Shown here piece by piece: positions 1 to 13,399 of a DNA stretch of 64,000 nt; position 1 is the first letter of the stretch; the number at the start of each line of letters is the position of its first letter. The DNA is from Oopsacas minuta (lineage: Eukaryota; Animalia; Porifera), in contig JAKMXF010000343.1 in the NCBI GenBank assembly GCA_024704765.1, positions 973,095 to 1,037,094 on the forward strand. The letters run 5' to 3'. The notes beneath the pieces were generated by a model, which made no database searches, had not been told where the DNA came from, and worked only from the letters and a program-made list of their open reading frames with translations. Both the position numbers and the translations under genes were made by a program.

Positions 1-1306
1 GGAAATGCAATCGATGAATGACAGCATTTAGGCTAGATGGATTGATAAAAACATCCCTCTACTCATAACCATCCCACTGATCTTTCTTCTGTCGAAGCAG
101 CACGGCAATTGAAGAGATAAAGTCTAGGGCCATATTGATAGATGAGACAACTTCTTCAGTAATCAACAAGTGTACAGAATCTATATCAATTCCCGCAGCA
201 GTCAAACTACCTTCAAAGGAATCCCTGTCTAAAATAGTACGAAGGAAAAGGAAAGCAACAGAATTAGATATTTTTGATTCTGTTCATACAACTAGGGGAC
301 ATAACTTTCTAATATTGAATAATCCAGAGTTGGAACTAATCGTACTTGGGACAGAAGACAACATCGTTGTGCTAATTAGCTACAAAGATTGGTTTTGTGA
401 CGGAACATTCAATTCAGCTCCGATTGGATACCAGCTATACACAATTCACGCTTTGGTGAGTGAGAGTGCCACCATTTCATTGATTTTCTGCATCGCCAAA
501 CAGAAATATGAAGTCCCAGAAGATAATGAAAGATTTCGAAAGAGCCGCTATAAATGCTAAGGCCAACATTTTCCATATGCTGATTTTCAGGGTGTTTTTT
601 TATTTAGGACATGCGATTTGAAGACATATTCTATCTTTCGGGCTCCAACAACGATATCAAAATAAAGAAGAATTTGCCATAATTGTCAAGCAATTCCAGG
701 CATTAGCTTTTGTACCGCCAATCGACGTCCTACCCTATGAACAATTAATAGATTCTTTAAGTGATCAACTCATTGCTGACCTAAGCAATTTTCTACAATA
801 TTTTGAGAAAACCTGGATTGGAATCGAGCATCATGGGCGAAGAAGTCGTCCGCTTTTGGTATAGAATTGTGGAATGTAAGAGACAGTGTAGAGAGGTCCT
901 TACCAAAGACAAATAATTCCGTAGAGGGCTGGCATCGAGCTTTTGACCAGAGGGTAAACATGAAGCATCTAACTACTTCAAAGCTCTTCAGAAAATTGTA
1001 GTCGAACAAAGCTCCCATGAGATAACTATGGCAAAAATTAGATACGGCCATGAGTTATCAAAGCCCAAGATGAAGTATGTTCAAATAAATCAAAATTGAA
1101 AAGTTGGTTAATCAATACGTTTACATGCCTCACATTGATTTTCTTCGTGGGATTTCACTGAATCTATCATTTAATTAATTCTTTTTATTTCTTTTCATTC
1201 AACTCTTCCAATTTATTGATATTCTTAGTTATTATATTTTCGGCATGAAATTCTTTCGGCATAATGTCCTTCGGCTAGATGTCTTTCGGCAAGGCGGGCG
1301 GACACG
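1..1306 (+). mobile_element. MULE (Mutator-like) DNA transposon, degenerate, 5' end outside the window
   Basis: ORF 135-560 has DWFCDGTFNSAP..YQLYTIHA (MULE DDE core). Frameshifted downstream pieces encode YFEKTWIG and KTNNSVEGWHR. The 3' end has repeated TTCGGC subterminal motifs ending ...GGACACG at 1306, like the termini of the copy at 2132-3806. Confidence 0.85.
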
Positions 1307-2004
1307 GTATTTTAGGGTTCTACAATTAGGCATAAATGCATAAAATTAGTTTGGTGGAGTGTTTGTAATTTAATTAGCACTGTAATGTGTTTGTATTGTG
1401 CAGACTGCAATGCTATTGGTCAAGACATTCTATTATATCTACACTGATTATCATAGGATTAATCATATTTCATACTTTAGGTGAACACTTCAAAATTATC
1501 TTAGAGATTAGCTTCCGCTGGCAAATAGGGATAAACGGTAACATTTTAAAATGCCTAACAAAAATATAATAAATATTACTTCGAGCAAGGACAAATTTGA
1601 AATAGGACCAGGAAACCTGCGATATTAAATAGGATATTAAAATTTGAATATTTTCGGTATCGGATTAACTAAAACCATAACCAACTCCGGCTTTCTGGTA
1701 TGATAGATCAATTTACACATATCACAGGAAAATTCTTTCCCTGTTCTCAAGAACAATAACCTCGGATTGAGGATAAAAAAAGTACTATTTTCCATTTGAC
1801 TGGGTTCAACTACAACCAGAGACTTTGCGCTAAGCACTGTTGGTAGGCTTGATGATGGAAACAATCCTTATGATTACAACTACATGTGTGTAATCTTACA
1901 TCTACAATGTAATTTTTTCGTTAAGAAACACTACCTATAGATAAATAAATGGTGAAAAGTAATGGCTTAATGACACGGGCTGAAATCGAATCTTACCATT
2001 TGTA

Positions 2005-3898
2005 CAGTCAAAACCTGCCATCAAGACTAAATTTGTGTCTCAGGTTGCCAAATTTTAGAATCTTCAACAAGCTGGTAAATACATTGATCGAGCGTCGCTA
2101 TTTCTAAATCTGTAATTGGCGCATCTTCAGGGGTGCTAGGACACCTTGCCGAAAGATATTTTCCAGAAGTTATTCTTAAATAATTCTACACTAAAATAAT
2201 GATAAATTATTATCAGTTTAAGTTTAATGTAGAAAATTGAAAAAGATAAAAATATAATAGAAATGAGATATTAGTAGGTTAAATTACGCGCTACACCACG
2301 AAGATATTCTAGATGTGGTATATATATATTCGTTTACCAACTTCTCTAAATGTATATTAAGTTGAACGTACTTCTTCTTAGATTTCGTCAGTTCATGTCC
2401 ACATCTAACTTTTTCTAGTGCAATTTCATTATCACTCTGTTCCATAATAATTTTGCGAATTAGTTTAGAGAGAGTTAGATGCGTTGTGTGGATTCTTATA
2501 TCGAATGTTCTATGCCTGCCCTCCACAGAATTATTCGTCCGTGATAGAACTCGTTCCATTCTATCTCTAACATTCCATAGTTCTATGGAAAATAACGGAC
2601 GTCTTCTTCGTCCATGATGTTCTAACCCAATCCATGTCTTCTCAAAGTAGTGAATGAAATCACTTAAGTCATCTACTAGATCATTAGATATGGAATCAAT
2701 AAGTTCTCCATAACATGCAATGACATCTATTTCCGGTACAAATGCTAATGACCGAAATTGCTTCATAACCACGGCGAATTCTTCATCACATTGGTAGCGA
2801 AGTTGAAATCCTAGGGCCTGAATCTGTCGCCAAATCGCTCGCCCAAAATGAAAATAACATCACTGAAGTACTGCAGTTGGAAAATTCTGTGTATATGCAT
2901 TTAAAGCGGCTCTTTCAAAATCGATCATTATCGTATCAGGTTGTAGTGAGGGATCACGCTCCTTCAGAGCAGAGAAAATTTGATTGTATAACACTATGTT
3001 GTACTTTTAGCTACACAAAAATTAGAGGAATTGTCACTGTCTCAGTTAATAACGCATGGACAATGTACAATTGGTATTCAAGTGGTGCGAAATCAAACGT
3101 ACAATCGCAAAACTAATTTGGGTATCGAGCTAGCAATCTGATGTTTTCTTCTGTTGCGAGGATAATTAGATCGATCTCTGGATTGTTGGAGATTAAAAAT
3201 TGTTGGGCCCTTGTTGTATGTATAGATTCGTAAAAATCTATATCTGAAAGTTTCTTCTTGCGTCGTACAATTTTAGACAAGCATTCTTTAGTGGGAAGTT
3301 TTACTGCTACAACAATTGAGATTGAGCTTGTTGCATTCTAGATTACCGAAGAAGTAACTTCTTCAGTTAGTGTAGATCGTAATTTGAACGTTTCTTTAGT
3401 TTAACTGCCTCAACAAATGCGAAATCGGGTTGATGATTGTGGTTTAGAGGTGACTTTTCACAAATCCGTTTATCCTATAAGTTATCATACGACTATTGCA
3501 TAAACCTCTCTTCTCACAACGCCAATAAGTTGAATGATCAGGATCTTTATCTTTGATATATATGTAAGCATTGTATATCAGCTTCTTTCCTCCGAAAATT
3601 GTTGACGTCAATTCCATTTTATCGATGATAGTAAGTATTCGATATTGCCAGTATTTATAGCTATTATACTGGTAGAATGTGTATAAACACCTACCATTCA
3701 TTAAATTATTTATAGTATGAATAAAATTAGTTCCATATGATTAATTTGTTATCTTTCGGCAAGATGTCATTCGGTAAAATGTCTTTCGGCAAGGTGTCCG
3801 TACACGTCTTCAGGTTTGTTGTAGAGATCTAAATTTATGCACAAGTAGCTCTTCCAAGTTTATATCAAATTCCATGAATAATATTACAGGATATACTG
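2005..3898. mobile_element. Possible pogo/Tigger-type MITE interrupted by the MULE copy
   Basis: TA|CAGTCAAAACCTG at 2003-2017 and CAGGATATACTG|TA at 3887-3900 form weak inverted ends flanked by TA. Confidence 0.3.
2132..3806 (-). mobile_element. Full-length degenerate MULE transposon (FLYWCH plus MULE transposase pseudogene)
   Basis: TIR core GGACACCTTGCCGAAAGA (2139) / TCTTTCGGCAAGGTGTCC (ends 3799). 8-bp direct repeat TCTTCAGG at 2124-2131 and 3807-3814. ORF 3444-3701 has a FLYWCH-like YWRCEKRGLC. ORF 2284-2772 has YFEKTWIG and RTNNSVEG.H. Confidence 0.88.
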
Positions 3899-5178
3899 TA
3901 AAGGCCCAACGTCCCCAGGTTTACGTCTAGATTTATGTAAACAACTTAAAAATTACTGAACGATTAATTTCTGACCAGTGGAGATTCCATTTACAAAGAT
4001 AATGATCGGATAATCTGAAAGTTTGGGATCAGGTTTCACTACCGATAGATCTTAAATCAGTGTTGCATTGACGATGTTATTTTGATATAGTTATACATAC
4101 GAATTATATACTAACTAACTATTTCTATTGTCAGACACAATTCCTCAGATTCCTCTAATCTATATTATTAAATTTCAATTATTGATTGTTTGTTCGTTGT
4201 CAAGAAAAGGATCTACGGTATGCAATTTTTTTAATCTTATGTAAATTTATTGTTGTGTTTATGACTATAAAGTAAACAAATTATCCAATTTCAAAATGTA
4301 CGTAGATATTTGCTCTAAACGGCTGCAATAGGGGTTGATCATACCAAATAATTTATGAATTACATTGTTCTAAATATATCTCTATTATAATACTGAAAGG
4401 GCCGTCAATTTGGAGAATCATCGATTCCTCGAGGCACAATGTCCGAGTTCATTGCAAAAGGGACGAGCCAAAGGATCGAGTATTAGAAAGAGTAACTGTT
4501 TCAATATTTTAAAGTAGTAATCTCTGAACCTTGAGATATTCTTCTCTCCTTCCTGTTTGAACGAATTTCAAGAGAAGTTAGGTGAATTTGTGACATCATG
4601 ACATTGTCAAATTTCGAAATATGGACAGGAATTCAGAAAAACGAAGTTGCAAAGTTTTGTATCCGAATCCAATAAGTTAATAACCCAGCGCCCGTAATCG
4701 GTTATGGTAGAGAAATTTTGAATAATGCTGTGTCATAAAGTGGTAATTTTGGTTCGATTTGGGCGGCAATCTGGGATGTTGCCATAGCAAAAAAAATAGG
4801 CTACGGCAGGCTACGGCGAATCCGGGGTCTCTTTCAAATGAGAGAGCACTATCCTCTCAGTTTTGTAAAATTACTTCTCAAATGAAATTATAAAAGTAGC
4901 TCCTATTCAATTGGAATTTATTCAAAAGTTCATGGTTGTATAAAATTTGAATATTTCAAATTCAAGTTGACTCGAAAATTGTGAAATTGTATTAATTTTT
5001 GGAATTCATCCTAAACTAAATGAAAATTTTCAATAAACCAAATTCTGAATTTGTCCTGAAGAAATTCAGATATCGCAATTTGTCTAAACTAAGATTCTCA
5101 ATTTGCCCATAATCTATCGTATCATTCTATCCAGTTCAAACAACTGTTTTATTGTTTGGTGCACTGGATTTGTTAATC

Positions 5179-5246
5179 CAGGGCGTAGCTAGAGTTAATG
5201 ATTCCCTATGTTGTCCTGAGTAGGTCTGGACCTAGCTACGCCACTG
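5179..5246. repeat. Tiny hAT-like foldback/MITE remnant
   Basis: CAGGGCGTAGCTAG ... CTAGCTACGCCACTG inverted ends. No TSD is visible. Confidence 0.45.
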
Positions 5247-5266
5247 ATTTAGGAAATCTTATAATA

Positions 5267-5433
5267 CAGTGAAAACGCGTTAATACGAATTTCCGGTTAA
5301 GACGAACAGATTTTTACTCAATTTTAGTCCGTACAATGGATATTCAATTGTTTTTACTCTTGTTAATCGTACTCCGGATAAGGAGTACAAATCTTAACCA
5401 TCCCTTGGTGTACTTATAAACGAGGTTCTACTG
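5267..5433. mobile_element. pogo/Tigger-like MITE
   Basis: TA|CAGTGAAAACGCGTTAATA ... TATAAACGAGGTTCTACTG|TA: imperfect TIRs with TA flanks. Confidence 0.55.
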
Positions 5434-5435
5434 TA

Positions 5436-6739
5436 CCGAGTGTTCAATAAGTTCGAGTAAACTATACTTAGCACTTTCAGTAGAGCTAATATAACGTAAC
5501 CACATACATACCTAGTGAATCCATACTTCCTAACCAAATTTCAGGATTATAAGTACTATACTCGATTTTTTGTAGCCAATTTTATAGTCTTCACTTTCAA
5601 TATTTTAATATTATGGAAAATTTGAATAAGAGAGATTTCCGTGCCATCATTTTCTACAATTTCAAACGTGGATTAAACGTTGCGGATTGCAGTTGTGAGA
5701 TGTTTTCTATCTTTGGGGATCAAAATCCAACCCAATCCAACATCTACAAGTGGTATCGTCAATTCAGTTTAGGCCACACATCCCTTGACGATGAGTCACG
5801 TTCAGGACGTCCAATTACGGCGGTCACCGAAGAGAATATCGAAAAAGTATCGAAGCTAGTAACTGAGGATAGGAAAATCACTGTCAGACAGTTAGCTTTC
5901 GAGGTTTCGGTCTCATCGGGGACAATAGAAACCATCTTACACCAACACCTTGGGCTAAAGAGGGTTTGTTATAAGTTGGTCTCCCATTTATTAAATTTTG
6001 AGCAAAAAGATCGTTGACTAGAATTTTGTCGTTTTATGCTGCTAAAGTATTCCAAAAAAGATTCGCGACGCTGGTCAGAAGTCATAACTGGTGGCGAGAC
6101 ATGGATCTATTATTACGACATTCAATCAAAGCAGCAGAACTCAAAATGGATCTTTGAAGACGAGCAACCGGACACAATTCCTAAGCAAACCAGGGCGGTC
6201 GGCAAGCGAATGTTTGCTGTTTTCTTCTCTACAAGAGGGATAATAGAATATGTGATGCTTCCTGAGAAGCACACTGTTACTGCAACTTGGTACACTGAAA
6301 ATTGTCTTCCGCAAGTGTTCCAAGTTGTCGAGAGGTTGTGTCCAAAGATTGATCTTCGCGGAATGAAATTCCACCATGACAATGCTCCAGCTCACACTGC
6401 ACGAAAAACTAAGGACGATATCAAACAATCGGGGCTAGAATTGATCGATCATCCACCCTATAGCCCAGATCTAGCCCCCTGTGACTTATGGTTGTTTCCT
6501 ACTATAAAACGCGATCTAAAAGGTAGACGTTTTGATTCGGAAACAGAGCTGAGCGCCACATTTTTGGATGCAATTGACCTCATACCAGAAAGTTGCTCCT
6601 CAAGACTATTTGGCATGTGGTTAGAACGGTGTCAAAGGTGCATTGATGCTAATGGGGAGTATTTCGAACATTTGAAATAGTATTTTTATATCTATCTGTA
6701 CTGTAAGCATACTTTTACTTGAACTTATTGAACACTCGG
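5436..6739 (+). mobile_element. Full-length mariner (DD34D) transposon, 1304 bp
   Basis: TIR CCGAGTGTTCAATAAGTTC at both ends. TA TSDs at 5434-35 and 6740-41. Confidence 0.95.
5613..6680 (+). pseudogene. mariner transposase pseudogene
   Basis: ORFs 5613-6017 and 6036-6680 are in frame across one TGA. Motifs: ITGGETW (first catalytic D appears mutated to G), FHHDNAPAH, HPPYSPDLAPCD. 34 residues lie between the 2nd and 3rd D. Confidence 0.92.
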
Positions 6740-6959
6740 TACATCCAATAGATTATCAGATGCGCAGTCCGAATAATATCTTGGTTTCACGAACCAAAAA
6801 TCCAAATGTAACAGGAATCTCAGTTATGGCAACTGAGACGGACTAATTGTAATTTGCCATAGGTACCAACTGAAAGAATATTTTCGTAAGTAGAACTACC
6901 ATTACAATTTGATTTTTCTTTAAAATATCAAATAGGTACATTCTTGTTCCAATAAATGT

Positions 6960-8340
6960 ATTAACCGATGGAGGCCGAAGTGTTAAAATGCAGAGACGAA
7001 GTCTCTGCTATGTTTTCCGAAGAAATTTAAATTTAAATCGACAAAAGGCCGATTATTCCATAAGAACGGCTTAATTGGGACTTGTTTTGGTTGAATTCAA
7101 TTGAAAATTTCCAAAAATATTTTCAATGTGTTAGAATTTATTAGAAATTTATTGTTGAGATTTGTCACTGAAACTGGGCTTAATGATGAAAATGAGTTTT
7201 CAAAGACGGTAAAATACCGCGACGCCGGTATTTTACCAGTTTTGATACTAGTTACTGTCAATATTAAATTTGAATCTAATTCACCAAATTTTAGCACCTA
7301 AACAGGATTTTCCATCAAAATTTAACGATTCTATTTATTGAAGTTTCTAAATTGCAATTTGGGTGAATTTAATCAATTTTTTTGATTTTTTCTAAAATAT
7401 ATTTATAAGTATGAGTTACTGGATTATTTTCATTTGGGAAGCAATTTCGAAAAAACTGAATGGGCTAAGGTCCCTCACATTTCTGAAGCACTTAGAACCA
7501 TTGCAACCTCGCAAAATTCTGCCTCCAAACAACTGTGATCACTATTTTATGTCAAAGTATTTTAAAAAATTACTCTCTACTATATCCGATCACGGCCGAA
7601 CTGTTACGTTCGTGATGAAAAGGAGCACTAAAATTTTACACTTCGCTGTAACCCATTCCCGTACCAAAAACAGATTTTTTCACCTTATTGACGTAACGAA
7701 ATCACACATTCTCCCGGAAGTATTCATTAATGAAGATAATAATCAACACATCCAATTTCATCCAACTATTTCTAGTTCGAAATGACATTATCTCTTTGGC
7801 TCCATCCCAATATTTTGGAAAAACTCCTATTTTTGAAGCTCTGATGAATGAAGCCTAGTGTCTCTTCGAGTTCAGAATTAATACCAAGTGATCTAAGGAT
7901 GTTTTTTCATTAAATGTACAATTTTGTAATTACTAATTTGTCACGTTATTGAGTTATATAAGATACCATGGAGTACACATGTTTTGTCAACATCCAATCA
8001 TAACTCGATTGTCGCTAAAGTTATGGTCAAATCAGTCAACTCAATATGTACTACATGCCACACTTCCCATACCCTTGTAATGCATTTTAATACCTTACTT
8101 TATCTTGGAGCCCCTATTACTTAATCTTGATAACCATATATGGACATATTTACGATTGCGTCACTCCGGTTCTAGAAATCGTATGAAAATATATTACAAG
8201 GTTATGGGAAGTCAAGTATGTAGAACATATTGGCTTGACTGGTTACACCATAACTTTACCGACTATCGAGTTATATGCGAATAGTGGCCAAACATGAGTC
8301 ATCTATGGTATCTAAAATATCTCTAAACATCCTTTGATCA
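6960..8340 (+). repeat. Unclassified interspersed repeat with a terminal triloop hairpin and internal inverted repeats (copy 1)
   Basis: Hairpin GCAGAGAC-GAA-GTCTCTGC at 6990-7008. Inverted arms of about 130 bp at about 7960-8085 and 8200-8330. Alignable by eye to 23560-24390. Confidence 0.55.
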
Positions 8341-10868
8341 CTTGATAATTATCCTGGAGTTGAAATACTAGTGATCGTTTGTCAGATCTACACAAATGAG
8401 GCATTTTACGACCCTTTTAAACCAAACATGTGACGTCGTTTCGAAATGAGAATAGTTGAATAACATTGCTTGTGTTGATTATTATCTATCAAAAGTACAT
8501 AAATTCGAACTAAAATGTACCAATTTTCCCATGCTCTTGTAATACATTTTGGTATGATATCTACAAGGATTATTGCATAGTCATCAATAAATCCATGTAA
8601 GTTATATTCAGGACTGCGTCATTATCGTAGGAGAAATCAAATTAACACGATAAGGGAATGAGAGATTGGTCATATATACTATAAATTGGCAATAGTGAGT
8701 TTGTTATATCATTGAGGGTTTTCGACTTATAACTGGATATTGACCAATTATTACCATCCATGGTCACTAGTGTAACTCAAAGATCTGCCAACTTTTTATT
8801 GACAAATGTTTATATGTTTGTAAAGCATTTTACATCATTTCTTACATTAACTTTGAAATCAAAGATGCGATATTTAAAGTTCTACAGCATCATAGATTGG
8901 GCCATTTTCTCCAAATATTACTTACTAAGTAAAGAAATAGGCACATTTCAAATTTTTTTGCTTTTTGGTTTGGACACATGGTATTCTACATATCAGTAAT
9001 ACATTTACTTTGCATGAATGTACGGTTTGGGCGATAAGAAACCATTCTGTGTACTAACAGAATGTTCATCGTACACTACTATATCCCTAGTAAAAGTTTG
9101 AGGTTGATGGTAGGCCTTATATAGAGAAGGCTATGATATGCCAAATTACGAAGTCCCCAATAATATACGCTTATTAGGTAGGTACTGAACTATGAAAAAT
9201 ATGCTACATAATACTTTTCGTATTTTCCTCGATTTCTAGTTGTATTTACCTTAAATACCAGAGCAACAATGCCCAAATATATATTCTTAATTAAAATCTT
9301 GTTAACTTAGATACTGATTGATATTAATCTCGTAGCATAGAAACTTGAAACCAGAAGTTTCTTGCTACTCTAGGTTATTTTTGGTGAGTATATATTGTTC
9401 CACGATATATACTTCACAGACATTTTCTATTAGTGAACCATATGAATATTCTCACATTTTCATCAATCTGAAAGATTCAATCAATTTCTGTTTTTCTATA
9501 AATAAAGAATAGGCTTCTCCTTTAGGTGATCCTTCTGAAATACAGGGTGGCTCCAAAGTTCTGATACAATCCATTTTGTCTATAGTGTTTTTCAGCATGA
9601 CCTACATCATTGATTTTCTATATAAAAATAATACAGGGTGTGGCATAAGTTTTGCCACAATATTATACGGTTGCCACAAATATTTCTTCCAACATTTAAG
9701 TCATATTTTGTCCCTTAGATACATTGTATTATGTGTTTAGGGTGATGTATTAAAGTGATATTTCTTCTGTGTCTATAATCTTAACATAATTGTAATGGAC
9801 CAGGATCGATCAAGAATCATTCTATTATTTGAGGAAGGGAAAGTCCATCAGAAATATTCAAAATACTAAAATTTCCCAATAGTAGAAGGAAATTGATATA
9901 TAGAACTATTAAGCGATATACAGATACTGGAGGGATAAATGACAACTCAGGTCTGGTCGTTCACGCTCTGTTACTACTCAAAGGCTTAAAAAGGTATTGA
10001 GGGAGCGGATACGCACAAATCCCCGCCGTTCAATGAGAAAAATGGCCTCTGAACTTAAGGTCTCGCGTAGATCTATCGGGCGAGTGGTTAAAAGAGACTT
10101 AGAGATGCGTTCTTTCAAGCTAAGGAGAGTGCACCATCTTTCGACCTCAGAAAGGGAAAAGAGTCACGAGGAGCAAGGGACACTAAACCGGCACGCAATA
10201 ATCCATCGTCTTGAATCTTTTGTATTTACTGATGGAAAATTATTCACCATAGAGGAAATACATAACACTCAGAACGATCGTATCATCTCATCCTCACCTG
10301 AAAACATTCCTGAAGAACTTCGATACGTTAGTCGGGTACAAAAACCTCTCCTAGTCATGGTATAGGCGGGAATTTCTGCAATAGCCCGACACCGCTCATT
10401 TTTGTACCCGCAGGTGTGTAAATCAACACTCGGACCTACCGAGAGCTTATAATAATGCCTGTTGTAAAAGAACTGAGCCATACGATGTTTTCTGGAAAAC
10501 TTTTGTGTTTCAACAGGACGGTGCTCCAGCTCATACTTCTAATGCTACACAAGCATGGCTTCGGAGCAATAATCCCAATTTTATTCGGAAGGAGGAATGG
10601 ACACCCTACAGTCCTGATTTTAACCCAATGGAATAATCCATCTGGCCAATCTTGGAATATTCTATCTGGTCAATCTTGGAAACAAATGCCTGTTCAAAGT
10701 CTCACGCTAATGTAGAGTCATTGAAAATGACATCGTGTCGAGAGTGGGAGAGGATACCTCAAGAAACCCTACTTGCTGCTGTTGAGCTTTTCCCAAGAGA
10801 CTACACGCTGTTATTAAAGCAAAAGGTGGCGATATTGAAAATAATTAATATTATTGATAATTAATGTA

Positions 10869-12181
10869 CAGGGTTGGGCATAAGTTCTGCCACATTTTTA
10901 AATAACTATATTTTCCGATTGATATATTGTATTATGTTGAAATTCGGTATGTACTACTAAATATAGTATATAGATTCGCAGATACGTTAATTATTCGATG
11001 TATCCTCCTTTTCTTTCAATTACAGCCTTTAGTCTCTTAGGGAAGGCCTCTACAGCGGCACGGAGTATTTCTTGGGGTATTCTCTCCCATTCTCGACACA
11101 AAGACTTTTTCAGAGAGTCTATATTGGTGTGAGACTTCAAACATGCCCTCGTTTCCAAAATGGACCAGATAGAATAATCCATTGGATTTAAATCGGGGCT
11201 GTATGGTGGCCATTCTTCCTTTTGAATAAAATCTGGATTATTGCTTCGAAGCCAGGCCTGAGTGGCATTCGATGTGTGGGCTGGAGCACCATCTTGTTGG
11301 AACACGAAAGGTTTCCCAGAAAACATAGTTTTAGAGAGATCTTGTATTACAGGTTCTAAAATAAGCTCACGGTAGGTTCGGGTGTCGATTTTTACGCCAG
11401 CAGGCACGAATATGAGTGGTGTCCGGCCAATTGATGATATTCCCGCCCAAACCATGACTGAAAGTGGGTTTTGTATACGGCTGACATATCGAAGTTCTTC
11501 TGGGATAGAAGAAATTGAGGATGAGATAATGCGATCATTTTGAGGGTTCGTTGCTTCCTCAATGGTGAATAATTTCTCATCTGAGAACAGGAATGAATTG
11601 AGACCATGGATCGCGTGCCTCTTAAGAAGTCCCTTGCTTCTTGATGCTCTTTTTGCCTTCACTAGGGTCGTGATGTGATGGACTCTCTTTCTCTTGAAAG
11701 AGCGCATATGCAAGTCATTTTTAACAACTCGTCCGATTGATCTACGTGAAACTCTTAGTTCTTTGGCCATTTTGCTCATTGACCGGCGGGGATTTCGGCG
11801 AATTCGTTGACGTACTACTTTTTTAAGCCTTTGTGTCGTTACAGACCGTGGACGGCCAGATCTTGGTTTATCAATAATCCCGCCAGTCACTTCATATCGC
11901 TCAATAGTTCGAGTAATGAACTTCCTTCTGCTATTAGGGAATTTCAGAAGATTGAAGATTTCTGAAGGATTTTTTCCTGCTTGAAATAATTCAATGATTT
12001 TCGACCTCTCTTGCTCCATGACCAATTATCGCTTCAAAAGGCTAAGATAATATAAAATTTCAGGGAAAGAGTGAAAAATATATATTATAACAAAGTTTGA
12101 GCTAAATGACAGATACAAATAACTAATGGAATAATTTTTGGCTGGATTATAATATTGTGGCAGAACTTATGCCCAACCCTG
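10869..12181 (-). mobile_element. Intact maT/DD37D element B, 1313 bp
   Basis: Perfect 26-bp TIR CAGGGTTGGGCATAAGTTCTGCCACA. TA TSDs at 10867-68 and 12182-83. Uninterrupted ORF. Confidence 0.97.
10991..12019 (-). CDS. Tc1/mariner DD37D (maT) transposase, 342 aa from the first ATG
   Basis: N-terminal HTH and RSGRP, then LFSDEKLF / FQQDGAPAH / PYSPDLNPMDY with 37 residues between the 2nd and 3rd D. The track start at 12025 is a TTG. Confidence 0.95.
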   Translation of the reverse strand: MEQERSKIIELFQAGKNPSEIFNLLKFPNSRRKFITRTIERYEVTGGIIDKPRSGRPRSVTTQRLKKVVRQRIRRNPRRSMSKMAKELRVSRRSIGRVVKNDLHMRSFKRKRVHHITTLVKAKRASRSKGLLKRHAIHGLNSFLFSDEKLFTIEEATNPQNDRIISSSISSIPEELRYVSRIQNPLSVMVWAGISSIGRTPLIFVPAGVKIDTRTYRELILEPVIQDLSKTMFSGKPFVFQQDGAPAHTSNATQAWLRSNNPDFIQKEEWPPYSPDLNPMDYSIWSILETRACLKSHTNIDSLKKSLCREWERIPQEILRAAVEAFPKRLKAVIERKGGYIE

Positions 12182-13399
12182 TATTGAGTATTAACTCGAA
12201 AAGTATCAGGATGATACTGTGCGCATTAGAAGTTATATCGAAATTTAACCTTGTGGCAGAACTTATGCCCCACCCTGTACATACTATTAGGAAGAGATTG
12301 CCCAGTCATGTATTCAATATAACCACGCTTTTGAGAAATGACAGCCCTGAGTCTGTTCGGGTATCCTTCTACTGCTGTAGGCAGAGTTTCTTGGGGGTAT
12401 CTTCTCCCATTCTTGACACAACGAAATCTTTAGAGAGCCAACTGTGTTGTATGACACAGAACAAGTCTTGTTTTCGAAGATAGACCAAACAGAATAGTCC
12501 ATGGGATTTAAATCGGGACTGTATGATGGCCATTCATCCTTGTATATAAAATTGGGAATATTGTGCACCAACCAATCTTGGGTCGTATTAGCCGTATGGG
12601 CGGAGCACTATCTTGTTGGAAGACAAATGGATGTCCAGAAAACATGGTCTGGCTCAGACCTTTTACCACAGGCTCTAATACAAGCTTATGGTATGTTTTG
12701 AGATTGATTTTCACACCAGGGGGGAATGAAATCAATGGTGTCTGGCCAACAGCAGAGACCCCAGCCCAAATCATCACCGACAGCGGTTTCTTCATCCGAC
12801 ACATATCTGAGCCTATCAGGAATCGCTGAGACTGAGGTCGAGATGACTCTGTCGTTTTACTATTTGTAGCCTCTTCAATTGTGAAAATTTTCTCATCTGA
12901 GAAAAGGGTATTTTCGAGAAGCCCAATACCGTGTAGAGCAAGTAGGCTCTTGTTCCGGGACACTCTCTTTCCTTTTACCGACCCAGATAATAATTGTACA
13001 TTTTGCGTTTAAAAGAGCGCATTCCTAGGTCCCTTTTGACAACAGTTTGTATTGCTCGGCGAGATATATTGAGCTCCAGGGCCATTTCCTCATCGAATTG
13101 TGTGGGTTCCGCCGAATCCGTTCTCGGACAATTTTCTTGAGAGCTGGAGTCTTACAGAGCATGGACGACCAGATCTCGGCTTGTCTACAGTGTCCCCAGT
13201 TTCCTTATATCGATTTATTGTCCTGTAGATAAATGCCCTACGTCCTTCTGCAATATTCAGCAGTTTCAAAATTTCTGAGGGACTTTTCCCCGCCACATGT
13301 AAACTCAATAATTGCTGACCTCTCAGATTCCATGGTCAATCACAATATTTTTTCGAAATATTATACACTAAATTGAAATGATATTCGTTAGGAAGCGTT

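Larger units (their letters stand above)
9634..12277 (+). mobile_element. maT/DD37D element A (degenerate), nested in C and interrupted by B
   Basis: TIRs CAGGGTGTGGCATAAGTTTTGCCACAA (9634) / TTGTGGCAGAACTTATGCCCCACCCTG (ends 12277) with TA on both sides. Frameshifted transposase at about 9800-10850. Confidence 0.9.

Noticed and set aside
1637-1864. Short ORF with a CxxC (FSCDMCKLIYH) as a zinc-finger gene
   Set aside because: The finger is incomplete, with no supporting exons or family motifs.
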